Assembly (NCBI GenBank): GCA_964016885.1
Contig: OZ024741.1
Span: forward strand, 88,722,001 to 88,786,000
Reading direction: 5' to 3'
Length of the DNA: 64,000 nucleotides
Origin: Eledone cirrhosa
Lineage: Eukaryota
The translations under genes and the position numbers were made by a program. Numbering within the stretch: position 1 is the first letter of the stretch; every line of letters begins with the position of its first letter. Below, in pieces: positions 27,101 through 39,683 of this stretch. The notes beneath the pieces are model-generated. The model did not search any database. It saw only the letters and a program-made list of their open reading frames with translations, and was not told where the DNA came from.

Positions 27101-30100
27101 GACAGCCAGTGAGGGCAATTTTAACCTTCACACTGCAACATATGCCAAGTGACAGCCAGTGAGGGCAATTTTAACCTTCACACTATAACATATGACAAGT
27201 GACAGCCAGTGAGGGCAATTTTAACCTTCACACTGTAACATATGCCAAGTGACAGCCAGTGAGAGCAATTTTAACCTTCACACTGTAACATATGACAAGT
27301 GACATCCAGTGAGAGCAATGTTAACCTTCACACTGTAACATATGCCAAGTGACAGCCAGTGAGGGCAATTTTAACCTTCACACTGTAACATATGCCAAGT
27401 GACAGCCAGTGAGAGCAATTTTAACCTTCACACTGTAACATATGCCAAGTGACAGCCAGTGAGAGCAATTTTAACCTTCACACTGTAACATATGCCAAGT
27501 GACAGCCAGTGAGAGCAATTTTAACCTTCACACTGTAACATATGACAAGTGACAGCCAGTGAGAGCAATTTTAACCTTCACACTGTAACATATGTCAAGT
27601 GACAGCCAGTGAGAGCAATTTTAACCTTCACACTGTAACATATGACAAGTGACAGCCAGTGGGAGCAATTTTGACCTTCACACTGTAACATATGACAAGT
27701 GACAGCCAGTGGGAGCAATTTTAACCTTCACACTTTAACATATGACAAGTGACAGCCAGTGAGAGCAATTTTAATCTTCACACTGTAACATATGCCAAGT
27801 GACAGCCAGTGAACAGCAATTTTAACCTTCACACTGCAACATATGACAAGTGACAGCCAGTGAGAGCAATTTTAACCTTCACACTGTAACATATGCCAAG
27901 TGACAGCCAGTGAGAGCAATTTTAACCTTCACACTGTAACATATGTCAAGTGACAGCCAGTAAGAGCAATTTTAACCTTCACACTGTAACATATGTCAAT
28001 TGACAGCCAGTGAGAGCAATTTTAACCTTCACACTGTAACATATGTCAAGTGACAGCCAGTGAGAGCAATTTTAACCTTGACACTGTAACATATGTCAAG
28101 TAACAGCCAGTGAGAGCAATTTTAACCTTCACACTGTAACATATGTCAAGTAACAGCCAGTGAGAGCAATTTTAACCTTCACACTGTAACATATGTCAAG
28201 TGACAGCCAGTGAGAGCAATTTTAACCTTCACACTGTAACATATGTCAAGTGACAGCCAGTGAGAGCAATTTTAACCTTCACACTGTAACATATGCCAAG
28301 TGACAGCCAGTGAGAGCAATTTTAACCTTCACACTGTAAAATATGCCAAGTGACAGCAATTTTAACCTTGACACTGTAACATATGCCAAGTGACGGCCAG
28401 TGAGGGCAATTTTAACCTTCACTCTGTAACATATCTCAAGTGACAGCTAGTGAGGGCAATTTTAACCTTCACACTGTAATATATGCCAAGTAGCAGCCAG
28501 TGAGAGCAATTTTAACCTTCACACTGTAATATATGCCAAGTAGCAGCCAGTGAGGGCAATTTTAACCTTCACACTGTAACATATGCCAAGTGACTGCCAG
28601 TGAGGTCAATTTTAACCTTCACACTGTAACATATGCCAAGTGACAGCCAGTGAGGGCAATTTTAACCTTCACACTGTAGCATATGCCAAGTGACAGCCAG
28701 TGAGAGCAATTTTAACCTTCACACTGTAACATATGTCAATTGACAGCCAGTGAGAGCAATTTTAACCTTCACACTGTAGCATATGCCAAGTGACAGCTAG
28801 TGAGAGCAATTTTAACCTTCACCCTGTAACATATGCCAAGTGACAGCCAGTGAGAGCAATTTTAACCTTCACCCTGTAACGTATGCCAAGTGACAGCCAG
28901 TGAGAGCAATTTTAACCTTCACACTGTAACATATGTCAATTGACAGCCAGTGAGAGCAATTTTAACCTTCACACTGTAGCATATGCCAAGTGACAGCCAG
29001 TGAGAGCAATTTTAACCTTCACCCTGTAACATATGCCAAGTGACAGCCAGTGAGAGCAATTTTAACCTTCACACTATAACATATGCCAAGTGACAGCCAG
29101 TGAGGGCAATTTTAAACTTCACACTGTAACATATGCCAAATAGCAGCCAGTGAGGGCAATTTTAACCTTCACACTGTAACATATGCCAAGTGACTGCCAG
29201 TGAGGGCAATTTTAACCTTCACACTGTAACATGTGCCAAGTGACAGCCAGTGAGAGCAATTTTAACCTTCACACTGTAACATATGTCAACTGACAACCAC
29301 TGAGAGCAATTTTAACCTTCAACCTGTAACATATGCCAAGTGACAGCTAGTGAGGGCAATTTTAACCTTCACACTGTATCATATGTCAACTGACAGCCAG
29401 TGAGAGCAATTTTAACCTTCACACTGTAACATATGTCAACTGACAACCAGTGAGAGCAATTTTAACCTTCACACTGTAACATATGTCAACTGACAACCAG
29501 TGAGAGCAATTCTAACCTTCACACTGCAACATATGTCAAGTGACAGCCAGTGAGAGCAATTTTAACCTTCACCCTGTAACATATGCCAAGTGACAGCCAG
29601 TGAGGACAATTTTAACCTTCACACTGTAACATATGCCAAGTGACAGCCAGTGAGGACAATTTTAACCTTCAACCTGTATCATATGCCAAGTGACAGCCAC
29701 TGAGGGCAATTTTCACCTTCACACTGTAACATATGCCAAGTGACAGCCAGTGAGGGCAATTTTAACCTTCACACTGTAACATATGCCAAGTGACAGCCAG
29801 TGAGAGCAATTTTAACCTTCACACTGTAACATATGCCAAGTGACAGCCAGTGAGAGCAATTTTAACCTTCACACTGTAACATATGCCAAGTGACAGCCAG
29901 TGAGAGCAATTTTAACCTTCACACTGTAACATATGACAAGTGACAGCCAGTGAGAGCAATTTTAACCTTCACACTGTAACATATGTCAAGTGACAGCCAG
30001 TGAGAGCAATTTTAACCTTCACACTGTAACATATGACAAGTGACAGCCAGTGGGAGCAATTTTGACCTTCACACTGTAACATATGACAAGTGACAGCCAG

Positions 30101-33100
30101 TGGGAGCAATTTTAACCTTCACACTTTAACATATGACAAGTGACAGCCAGTGAGAGCAATTTTAATCTTCACACTGTAACATATGCCAAGTGACAGCCAG
30201 TGAACAGCAATTTTAACCTTCACACTGCAACATATGACAAGTGACAGCCAGTGAGAGCAATTTTAACCTTCACACTGTAACATATGCCAAGTGACAGCCA
30301 GTGAGAGCAATTTTAACCTTCACACTGTAACATATGTCAAGTGACAGCCAGTAAGAGCAATTTTAACCTTCACACTGTAACATATGTCAATTGACAGCCA
30401 GTGAGAGCAATTTTAACCTTCACACTGTAACATATGTCAAGTGACAGCCAGTGAGAGCAATTTTAACCTTGACACTGTAACATATGTCAAGTAACAGCCA
30501 GTGAGAGCAATTTTAACCTTCACACTGTAACATATGTCAAGTAACAGCCAGTGAGAGCAATTTTAACCTTCACACTGTAACATATGTCAAGTGACAGCCA
30601 GTGAGAGCAATTTTAACCTTCACACTGTAACATATGTCAAGTGACAGCCAGTGAGAGCAATTTTAACCTTCACACTGTAACATATGCCAAGTGACAGCCA
30701 GTGAGAGCAATTTTAACCTTCACACTGTAAAATATGCCAAGTGACAGCAATTTTAACCTTGACACTGTAACATATGCCAAGTGACGGCCAGTGAGGGCAA
30801 TTTTAACCTTCACTCTGTAACATATCTCAAGTGACAGCTAGTGAGGGCAATTTTAACCTTCACACTGTAATATATGCCAAGTAGCAGCCAGTGAGAGCAA
30901 TTTTAACCTTCACACTGTAATATATGCCAAGTAGCAGCCAGTGAGGGCAATTTTAACCTTCACACTGTAACATATGCCAAGTGACTGCCAGTGAGGTCAA
31001 TTTTAACCTTCACACTGTAACATATGCCAAGTGACAGCCAGTGAGGGCAATTTTAACCTTCACACTGTAGCATATGCCAAGTGACAGCCAGTGAGAGCAA
31101 TTTTAACCTTCACACTGTAACATATGTCAATTGACAGCCAGTGAGAGCAATTTTAACCTTCACACTGTAGCATATGCCAAGTGACAGCTAGTGAGAGCAA
31201 TTTTAACCTTCACCCTGTAACATATGCCAAGTGACAGCCAGTGAGAGCAATTTTAACCTTCACCCTGTAACGTATGCCAAGTGACAGCCAGTGAGAGCAA
31301 TTTTAACCTTCACACTGTAACATATGTCAATTGACAGCCAGTGAGAGCAATTTTAACCTTCACACTGTAGCATATGCCAAGTGACAGCCAGTGAGAGCAA
31401 TTTTAACCTTCACCCTGTAACATATGCCAAGTGACAGCCAGTGAGAGCAATTTTAACCTTCACACTATAACATATGCCAAGTGACAGCCAGTGAGGGCAA
31501 TTTTAAACTTCACACTGTAACATATGCCAAATAGCAGCCAGTGAGGGCAATTTTAACCTTCACACTGTAACATATGCCAAGTGACTGCCAGTGAGGGCAA
31601 TTTTAACCTTCACACTGTAACATGTGCCAAGTGACAGCCAGTGAGAGCAATTTTAACCTTCACACTGTAACATATGTCAACTGACAACCACTGAGAGCAA
31701 TTTTAACCTTCAACCTGTAACATATGCCAAGTGACAGCTAGTGAGGGCAATTTTAACCTTCACACTGTATCATATGTCAACTGACAGCCAGTGAGAGCAA
31801 TTTTAACCTTCACACTGTAACATATGTCAACTGACAACCAGTGAGAGCAATTTTAACCTTCACACTGTAACATATGTCAACTGACAACCAGTGAGAGCAA
31901 TTCTAACCTTCACACTGCAACATATGTCAAGTGACAGCCAGTGAGAGCAATTTTAACCTTCACCCTGTAACATATGCCAAGTGACAGCCAGTGAGGACAA
32001 TTTTAACCTTCACACTGTAACATATGCCAAGTGACAGCCAGTGAGGACAATTTTAACCTTCAACCTGTATCATATGCCAAGTGACAGCCACTGAGGGCAA
32101 TTTTCACCTTCACACTGTAACATATGCCAAGTGACAGCCAGTGAGTGCAATTTTAACCTTCACACTGTAACATATGCCAAGTGACAGCCAGTGAGGGCAA
32201 TTTTAACCTTCACACTGTAACATATGCCAAGTGACAGCCAGTGAGAGCAATTTTAACCTTCACACTGTAACATGTGCCAAGTGACAGCCAGTGAGAGCAA
32301 TTTTAATCTTCACACTGTAACATATGTCAACTGACAACTAGTGAGAGCAATTTTAACCTTCACACTGTAACATATACCAAGTGACAGCCAGTGAGAGCAA
32401 TGTTAACCTTCACACTGTAACATATGACAAGTGACAGCCAGTAAGAGCAATGTTAACCTTCACACTGTAATATATGTCAACTGACATCCAGTGAGGGCAA
32501 TTTTAACCTTCACACTGTAACATATCCCAACTGACAGCCAGTGAGGGCAATTTTAACCTTTACACTGTAACATAGGTCAAGTGACAGCGAGTGAAGGCAA
32601 TTTTTACCTTCACACTGTACCATATGTCAACTGACAGCCAGTGAGAGCAATTCTAACCTTCACACTGTAACATATGTCAAGTGACAGCCAGTGAGAGCAA
32701 TTTTAACCTTCACACGGTAACATATGCCAAGTGACAGCCAGTGAGGACAATTTTAACCTTCACACTGTAACATATGCCAAGTGACAGCCAGTGGGAGCAA
32801 TTTTAACCTTCACACTGTAATATATGTCAACTGACATCCAGTGAGGGCAATTTTAACCTTCACACTGCAACATATGCCAAGTGACAGCCAGTGAGAGCAA
32901 TTTTAACCTTCACACGGTAACATATGCCAAGTGACAGCCAGTGAGGACAATTTTAACCTTCACACTGTAACATATGCCAAGTGACAGCCAGTGGGAGCAA
33001 TTTTAACCTTCACACTGTAATATATGTCAACTGACATCCAGTGAGGGCAATTTTAACCTTCACACTGCAACATATGCCAAGTGACAGCCAGTGGGAGCAA

Positions 33101-33762
33101 TTTTTACCTTCACACTGTAACATATGCCAAGTGACAGCCAGTGGGAGCAATTTTAACCTTCACACTGTAACATATGACAAGTGACAGCCAGTGAGGTCAA
33201 TTTTAACCTTCACACTGTAACATATGCCAAGTGACAGCCAGTGAGGGCAATTTTAACCTTCACACTGTAACATATGACAAGTGACAGCCAGTGAGGGCAA
33301 TTTTAACCTTCACACTGTAACATATGCCAAGTGACTGCCAGTGAGGTCAATTTTAACCTTCACACTGTAACATATGCCAAGTGACAGCCAGTGAGAGCAA
33401 TTTTAACCTTCACACTGTAGCATATGCCAAGTGACAGCCAGTGAGAGCAATTTTAACCTTCACCCTGTAACATATGCCAAGTGACAGCCAGTGGGAGCAA
33501 TTTTAACCTTCACACTGTAACATATGCCAAGTGACAGCCAGTGAGGGCAGTCTTAACCTACACACAACAACATATGCCAACTGACAGCCGCTGAGGGCAG
33601 TCTTAACCTTCACACAACATGTGTCAAGTGACAGCCGCTGAGGGCAGTCTTAACCTTCACACCACAACATGTGTCAAGTGACAGCCAGTGAGGTCAGTCT
33701 TAACCTTCACACAACAACATGTGTCAACTGACAGCCGCTGAAGGCAGTCTTAACATTTTACT
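18152..33762. repeat. 50-bp tandem satellite array, about 310 copies
   Basis: Consensus CCTTCACACTGTAACATATGCCAAGTGACAGCCAGTGAG(A/G)GCAATTTTAA repeats every 50 bp; rare 40/49/51-bp units; diverged units at both edges. Confidence 0.99.
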
Positions 33763-34084
33763 GGCCCTATTTTTAACGAATTACACTTTATTTCAATTAA
33801 CTCATAACATCCTGTAATGATTTAGCAGAAAATATCTAAAAGCAAGTTTGTTCATTCAAATGTTTTAGTTTTAGATTAGTGATGTAGACACTTTGCTGCT
33901 TTGCACTTTTCAAGAACCTCTTGTTAACTTAATATATGGTTTTTATATAAAAATTATGTTGGGAGGTTTTAATTTAAATAGGAAGCCTTGAAAATGTCTG
34001 GTGTTGTTTCATAGAACCAAAGCCGGTTTTGGTAAATTGGGTATAAAAAGGGTCAATATAAAATTTTTATTATTATTATTATTT

Positions 34085-34460
34085 TTAGTTGAGATTGACA
34101 AAATGCGTAAAGCATCAGATAAAATGTTTGGAATTTGTCGCAGCTCTCTATTCACTTAGTTCAAATCCAACTGTGGTTAACTTTGTTGTTCATCTTTCCA
34201 GGGTGCATAAAATATAGTACTGGGGGGGGGGGGTATGTAACTATCCCCTCTCCCAAATGTGTGGCCTTGTGCCTATGTTAGAAAATATCAATATTATTTG
34301 GCATTGACAGAATTGGTAATATGTGAGCCAAGATACCCTGCAATATTCAATTACATCTCTTTAGATTCTGAGTTCAAATCTCATCAGGGTCAACTTTGAC
34401 TTTAATCTGCCCAAAGGAATAAAGAGGGTGACCAGTCAAGTACTGAGGTTCATTAAATTA
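34085..34460 (+). mobile_element. two decayed SINE copies
   Basis: AGTTCAAATCC...GGTTAACTTTG and GGCCTTGTGCCTA blocks of the 7652 family. Confidence 0.65.
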
Positions 34461-34499
34461 ACTGTATCTCTACCATCTGTTCTAACCAGAACAACCTGC

Positions 34500-34990
34500 C
34501 TAGAAAATTCCAAGCTGGAGACTGTTTTGTCATTAACTTCAGAGATTCAGTTATGAGCTTCAGATAGACAAGACAAGGCAGGGGCTTGAAGCTTGATGCA
34601 AATCTTTGAAGAGTTTTTTTTTTTATATTTAAACACAAGTACATGTTGCTAGGACTGTACTATCAAACAACAAAAACACCTTGATGGAGGATATATATCC
34701 TTATTTCATCAGGCTCAAAACATAAGCTAGACACAACATAAGACTCTTACAGATATATACAATGGTCTCATTCATATTCCTTATACTATGCAAAAGAAGA
34801 GGGTAAGATTTGCAAGCCATTGCCATCACTCCTCAAATGAAGCTATGTCTCCTATGGTGTTTTGGGAACCAACATCTGTCAAAAGCTCTTCTATCCAAAT
34901 GTCATGGCCGGAAATTCTGGTACTGATGTTCAGAATTGAGGCAATGCAATGACAACAGACCTAAGTGGAGATCTATCAGTGAGTTTATTT
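34500..34990 (+). mobile_element. degenerate RTE-clade LINE 3' fragment
   Basis: Broken translation LDGGY...AQNIS...IYNGL...KKRVRFASHCHHSSNEAMSPMVFWEP resembles the RTE C-terminal RR.R.AGHC.R...LLW.P region. Confidence 0.6.
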
Positions 34991-35904
34991 TTGCTGCGGT
35001 CACAGGATGTATCACCCCCTAAAATGTGTAAGCCCTATGTTTACAAGAGAGATCAGATGTGGTAAGGTGCAAGAGAGAAGTCAAAGGTGGTAAGAATATG
35101 AGATGCATATGGAAGATGTCCAACTAGAAGGAACTTGCAAGAGAAAGAGACCAGGGGAGAAGTGGTGAATGATGATATCAGGATAATAAACTGTGGTGGT
35201 GGTGGTGGCAATGGAGATAGAAGCAGTAGTAGCAGAGCTGGTGATGATAGTGATATTAGTGGTGGGGGTAGATAGTAGTAGCAATAGCCTCAAAATTGCT
35301 ATAAAAATACATTTATTAATGAACAAAAATATACAATAATGAAAATATTAAGATAAAAGGGGGATTACAATAATAAGCAGGGAGGGAGAAAGGAAAGAAA
35401 AAAAGGGATGAGGGAGAGAGAAAACCTTTTAAATAAAAAAAGGGGAAGGAGGAAGGAGAAAAATTATTTTAATGAAAAAAAAGGGCAAAGAGAAGGGAGG
35501 GACAAATTGCATACCAATCACTGGGTGGTATATTTGATATATTGATCTGAGGCCTTCTACTAAGAAGCAAAGGTCAGAAGGTCACCTACTGACAATGAAA
35601 GTTAAGGGGAATAGACATAGTTAAACCTATTGGAATTTACTGTCTTTGAAAAGATACTTGTGCTCAATGTACCTTAAATTCCCTAATATACCTAAATCAT
35701 TCATTCTTTCACTGAACTATTATTACTTTCACACTATCTTTGACACTGAAACAAAACAAAACAACACACATACCACACAGACACACACATACATACAACA
35801 CAGACACACATACACAGGAGTGTATATGTCATACATTCTAGCAAAACATTTTTTTCTTTACACATTTGTGTCTGCCTTTGTGAATTCATGTGTGTATGTG
35901 TGTG

Positions 35905-36122
35905 TAGGTACTTGGCTAAGTGAGGATGCTGGGCTCATGAGTTCGATTCTCTGACTAGACAGCAGATTGCATCCTTGAGCAAGACACTCTATTTCACAAT
36001 ACTCTAGTCCACCCAGCTGGTAAAAATGAGTTGAACCTGTAACTGAATATCTCTGATTACTAAGTTAATGATGTAGAAGTCTGTGGAATGCTCAGCCACT
36101 TACATATTAAATTCACAAGCAG
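35905..36122 (+). mobile_element. decayed tRNA-derived SINE
   Basis: TGGCTAAGTG A box, GAGTTCGATTC B box, then CCTTGAGCAAGACACT core. Confidence 0.7.
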
Positions 36123-36681
36123 TTCCGACAATATATATATATTATATAAACATATAATATAAAATAATTTTAAACGTTATATAGAGATATATCAATTGAG
36201 AAACTAACCAGCCTTTAATACATATATACATAGAAAAACAAATACAATTTAAGGTGTTAAATAAAAGCATTACTCATATAACGATTAAGTTATATTTACA
36301 TGGTCATACTTCCAATTGATATATATCAATATATCGTTTAAAATCATTTTATATTATTGATGCTCTAAATAGAAGTTTTATTGAACTTTTACAGAAAAAC
36401 ATTATCTATAGATATTTTATATGTATTGATTAAACCTAAAATTAAGTTTTATATATATATGGAATAAGTGTTGCTATTATTTGATCAATGGATTGCCTGG
36501 TCATGAAATTAACATGAGCATTCCAGACATATGTACCCATAACATAATTCTCAGGAAAATTCAGTACTACAGTGTGAATTACAAATACAGTCTATCTAAC
36601 AGGTTTTCAAACTGTTTCCGACTACTCAGTCACATGGCTTGGATCAACCAAAGGCTATGGTAAATAACACATGCCCAAGAT

Positions 36682-36961
36682 GACATATATATATATGTAT
36701 GTGTGTATGTATTATTTTCCAAAGAAAAACTGGCAGTCTCTTCAAAACTCTTTCTATCTTTCTATAAAACTTATACTTTGTTCACATGTATTGAGTGCTC
36801 ATTCAGTTAATGTTTGATTGTTCAATCTCACATTAACTGAATGAGCACTCAATACATGTGAACAAAGTATAAGTTTTATAGAAAGATAGAAAGAGTTTTG
36901 AAGAGACTGCCAGTTTTTCTTTGGAAAATAATACATACACACATACATATATATATATGTC
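36682..36961. repeat. perfect inverted repeat, 132-bp arms
   Basis: 36682-36813 is the exact reverse complement of 36830-36961; the 16-bp centre has an extra GATTG/CAATC stem. Confidence 0.97.
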
Positions 36962-38877
36962 CCCCTTGCTTCTGCTGGACACTGCCAGTGTTTACATAGC
37001 TACGGCGTTCTAAATGTTTATTTATAAACATACCGTATTTCTTTAGAAATACGAAATTCCAATACATATCTGTATATAGCTATGCACGAAGCTAAATTCT
37101 AATTCTCTCTCTCTATCTATGTGTGTGTGTTAACAAAGGGTAGCGGCGAAAATTCCTTGGTAGAGGAATGACAAGTGTATGCATGAGGGTATACATACAA
37201 ATAGAATCTCACATTCTGAGTCTTGCAAATGGGGATAAAACTTCAATTAATATATGTGTAAAGTGGCTGATGATAGGAAGAGCATCCAGCCAAAGAAAAC
37301 CTGCCAAATAACGGGCCAGACAGACTTTTCAGCTACATCCAAGACATGATAATTTCCCTTGGGTTGGTGCCATAATAAAATGCACTCAGCAGAGCATAAG
37401 ATCATATGTCTTATGGATATATCATCATCATCACACATTATATATATATATGAGAGAGGGGGAGAGAGAGTGAAGGCGAAGTAGAGAGAAAGAGCTACAT
37501 TTATACAAATCATGATCATTTAATGTTTTGTCAGAAAGTATGTAAGAGAAACTATATATATTTCTGACATTATACTTGCCATCCTTCTTACCACCTCTCA
37601 TATTCCTACCCCATAAAGAGGTTTGCCTTGGGACAAGACATCCTTCTCCTTCATCCTCCTCTTTGTCTATCTCCACCCCAACGTAAACGGGGTTCTTCAG
37701 TGAAGTCAAGGATGACTAGCAACCTGCTTGTGTCAAAATAAAATGCATCCAGTATACTCTGTAAAGTGTTAAGCATTTTAAGAAGGGCCTCCAACCATAG
37801 AAAACATGCAAACCACTTTACAGAGTGTATTGTGGCCCTTTACGTTCTGAATACAAGTCCTACCAAGGTTTGCCTTTCATCCTTACAGTGTCAATAAAAT
37901 AAAGCACCAGTAATGCACTGGGATTGATTTAATTGACTTCCCTTCACCAAAAATTTGTTCCAGATTACCAGTCTGAGAGAGAGGACATTTTAAAACTGCT
38001 CTTCAAAAATCTACTAAAGCTGGAGGTGCAAGGGTCTGCTAACCATGAAGAAGTCCTTCTAATACATGGAGGCTATGAAAAGTTTCAACAGAAATATGTT
38101 ACAGCTTTATAGCTGTTTTCTTATTTTTTCTCTCTCTCTCTCTCTCACACACACACTCTCTCTCTCATTTTCATTTCTTAATCATAGGTGTATTAGATAT
38201 ATTTCTCAGTCTGTCATAGCTTACCAGCTCTACATGGACAATGAATGTTTAAATAAATTAAGGGTTTTTTACACATACATAAATACAATCATATACAATA
38301 TCCTTAGTGTGTATTTAAGAATAATAGAAGCAACACACCATGACAACAAGTTTATTTCATGCGCTGTCACTCCATAGTGACCAGTGTTGTTCCTAAAACC
38401 AGACCCAACTTTCTCTCACAACTGAAAATCACATTCAATGTTTACCATGACAATGAATCTGAGACACTCATTCTTTATCCATTTGGCCATGACCCTAAAT
38501 TTAATGTACTCAATGTCAGAGTAGAAAGAAAGAAAGAAAGATCATGAAAGAAAGATTGTTTGTCACAATAAAACATTTTAGTTGCTTGGTTTCTCTAATC
38601 ACAGGTGTAACCATGACAAAATATGATAAAAAGTGTAGTTCAACCAAAATTTTGAGATCAAGGGTGGGGAACCTTTCTTTTCTAATAGAATGCCTGTATT
38701 TTACAGGCCTCTGTGATGATAGAAAAATAAAAAAGTTTACCAGAGGAATATTTCAGTTTGGTAGCTGCAGTCATTTGTTAAATTTCTTCAATTTTAGTTG
38801 TGGTGTATATGTGTAATTAAGTACTGTATATATATTATTTGTGTGTGTGTGTGTATATATATACTCATACATACATA

Positions 38878-39240
38878 TATCATCATCACTTTTTTATGTC
38901 TGTTCTTCCACACTAGCATGGGTTAGACGGGTTGTCCTGTTGTGGGCAGTGTCCGGTCGGCAGACCTTGTCTTGCTCATATGGGAACTGGTTCTGGCTTG
39001 ATTTCTACAGCTGGATACCCTTCCTAACACCAACCTCATTTACAGTGAGTGCTGGGTGCTTTTTTTCCGTGGCACCTACACATCCACTTTACAGTGTGGG
39101 CTGGGTGCTTTTTTGCCGTGGCACCTCCACGACCACTTTGCAGTGGAATGATAGGGAACCCAGACCTATCATCTCATTTCTACAGCTGAGTAAACTGGAG
39201 CAATGTGAAATAAAGTGTCTTGCTCAAGGAAACAACACAA
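38878..39240 (-). mobile_element. 5'-truncated SINE whose 3' part matches the 3' UTR of the LINE at 39684-42575
   Basis: 38878-39148 is homologous in reverse to 42304-42575; 39100-39240 is nearly identical to part of the SINE at 50701-51042. Confidence 0.85.
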
Positions 39241-39246
39241 CACATA

Positions 39247-39334
39247 TATATGAAAGAGTCAGGACCCCAACAGCTGAGTTCTTGCTGTTGAAATGGCAAG
39301 AGCTCAGCTGTTGGGGTCCCAACTCTTTCATATA
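39247..39334. repeat. 88-bp palindrome (43-bp arms)
   Basis: TATATGAAAGAGTCAGGACCCCAACAGCTGAGTTCTTGCTGTT versus its reverse complement, with 5 differences, all transitions. Confidence 0.9.
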
Positions 39335-39683
39335 ACCATACTCTACTGGCCCAAATATCGAGTAGAAACTGGAATATACAAGTGAGATCTGGCTCCTGAC
39401 ACATCTAAGAGGACAATAATTCTGAATAAAGACTTACACGAATCATAAAACCAATCCAACCTATGTATGTATGTAAGGACCTGTAACTTAGAAAAACAGG
39501 TAAAATAATGATGACAATGGCATGTGTATATATGTGTGTTTGTGCAATCACATTTTTCTGGGATTCCTGTAGTACTGTTGATAACAGAAATAACAATATC
39601 AAACTAAAAATAAATAACGCCTCCAATGAGATTTTGTAAATGTCCATTATGAGAGGGGAATATAATTATTAAGTAGATGATTA

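Noticed and set aside
18152-33762. CRISPR array or coding repeat
   Set aside because: Units abut with no unique spacers, there are no cas genes, the context is eukaryotic, 50 is not a multiple of 3, and the ORF track is empty here.
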